Origin: Octopus sinensis
Taxonomy: Eukaryota
Assembly (NCBI RefSeq): GCF_006345805.1
Contig: NC_043010.1
Coordinates: 67,890,001-67,954,000 of the forward strand
DNA: 64,000 bases
Reading direction: 5' to 3'
The notes below the pieces were generated by a model. It had not been told where the DNA came from and did not search any database. It was given only the letters and a program-made list of their open reading frames with translations. Positions 63,026-64,000 of this stretch are shown here, piece by piece. A program made the position numbers and the translations under genes. Position 1 is the first letter of the stretch. Every line of letters begins with the position of its first letter.

Positions 63026-63699
63026 CAGTCTACTGAAGTTTCTGTCTACCAAATCCACTCACAAGGCATCGCTTGGCCTGGGGCTATAATAGAAGACACT
63101 ACACAGTGGGATTGAACCTGAAACCATGGGGTTGCAATGTGAAATTGTTTACCACACAGCCATCTGATACCATGTCACCATGTTAGTTGCTGTTTAGCAT
63201 CAACTGAAGTCTTGATAGTGCAGATCATCATCATCCTATGATCAAAAATATTCCAGGCATGACCATCCTATTTTTTTTTTGTTATGGATTGTTCAATACA
63301 AAAAAGAAACATGGACATTAAAAAAAAAAACAAGAGCAGAAGAGAAACTTGGCTGTTATTTCTAGCAAGTTGAGCCACCACATACAGACTCCTTCATCAG
63401 TTTGTGGGATGGCCTCTTCCAGTTATTTTGTTATGTCATCTAGAATGTTCTAGATGGTGTGGGTGTGTAGCAGCAATAGCATCCTTGCAAAGCGCCAAAG
63501 CAAACATTTTATTATGTCGGAGCAGCATTTTAGCTCGACAATTCAATTGGTCGGTCCATCAGTCGGTGAACGAACGAGTGAGCGAGATGAGTTTATTGTG
63601 GAGGGGTGCACTTCAGAACTCGCATTAAGTTCATTGCAGTAAAATGCTGGCTGCATCAGCCATCTGAAAAAAGGTCAGCAACTGTTTAAGAGCTTAACT

Positions 63700-63752
63700 A
63701 GTAATAATAATAACAATGATAATAATAATAATGATGATAATAATAATAATAA
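63700..63752. repeat. (AAT)n microsatellite
   Basis: Direct inspection. Confidence 0.9.
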
Positions 63753-64000
63753 TTGCTGGCCTTGAAGTAAGAGGATGTCTCCTTGTACAGTCAGGGCTAG
63801 TTGCTGTAATGTGTTGACAAAGTTGAAAGCATTCCAACGACACAGATGGTCTTTGTTTTTGTTTCTGAGTTTTTAATTACATTTGTGCTGTTGTTTCGCA
63901 AAACAGGAAGGGTGTCTTGTATGGCTCGTGAGTGTATCTACAAGATACATCCTCTCAAAAGTCAGTACCTGTCCTCCACTGAAATTTTTACTGGTGTGGT

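Noticed and set aside
63907-64000. Possible + exon (RVSCMARECIYKIHPLKSQYLSSTEIFTG) after ..caaaacag
   Set aside because: No recognisable homology, cut by the window end, phase link unknown

Overview
AT-rich, repeat-dense animal genomic DNA. The SINE families and microsatellite load resemble coleoid cephalopod (Octopus-like) DNA; this is an inference from recalled repeat families, not a database result. The main feature is a complete 22-coding-exon SMG8 gene (nonsense-mediated decay factor) on the minus strand, ATG 45906 to TGA 2468. I assembled it by hand: 2667 nt / 888 aa, all introns GT-AG, phases consistent. A second, divergently oriented gene probably starts at 52706 (+). Its first coding exon carries a cyclin-type destruction box (RIQLGDITN) downstream of a CDE/CHR-like element, but the gene is unidentified. 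The rest is SINEs (at least 4 families), LINE fragments (RTE, CR1, R4/Dong), Tc1 and mariner relics, piggyBac-type MITEs, a Helitron, Penelope-like fragments and long microsatellites. Most notable: two minimal hammerhead-ribozyme-like motifs, a perfect 52-bp snap-back palindrome at a retroposon 5' junction, a 50-bp stem with nested hairpins, three dimeric SINE insertions with an identical junction, and inverted repeats that would make dsRNA in SMG8 pre-mRNA. No prokaryotic or CRISPR system is evident, and I found no clearly novel protein system.
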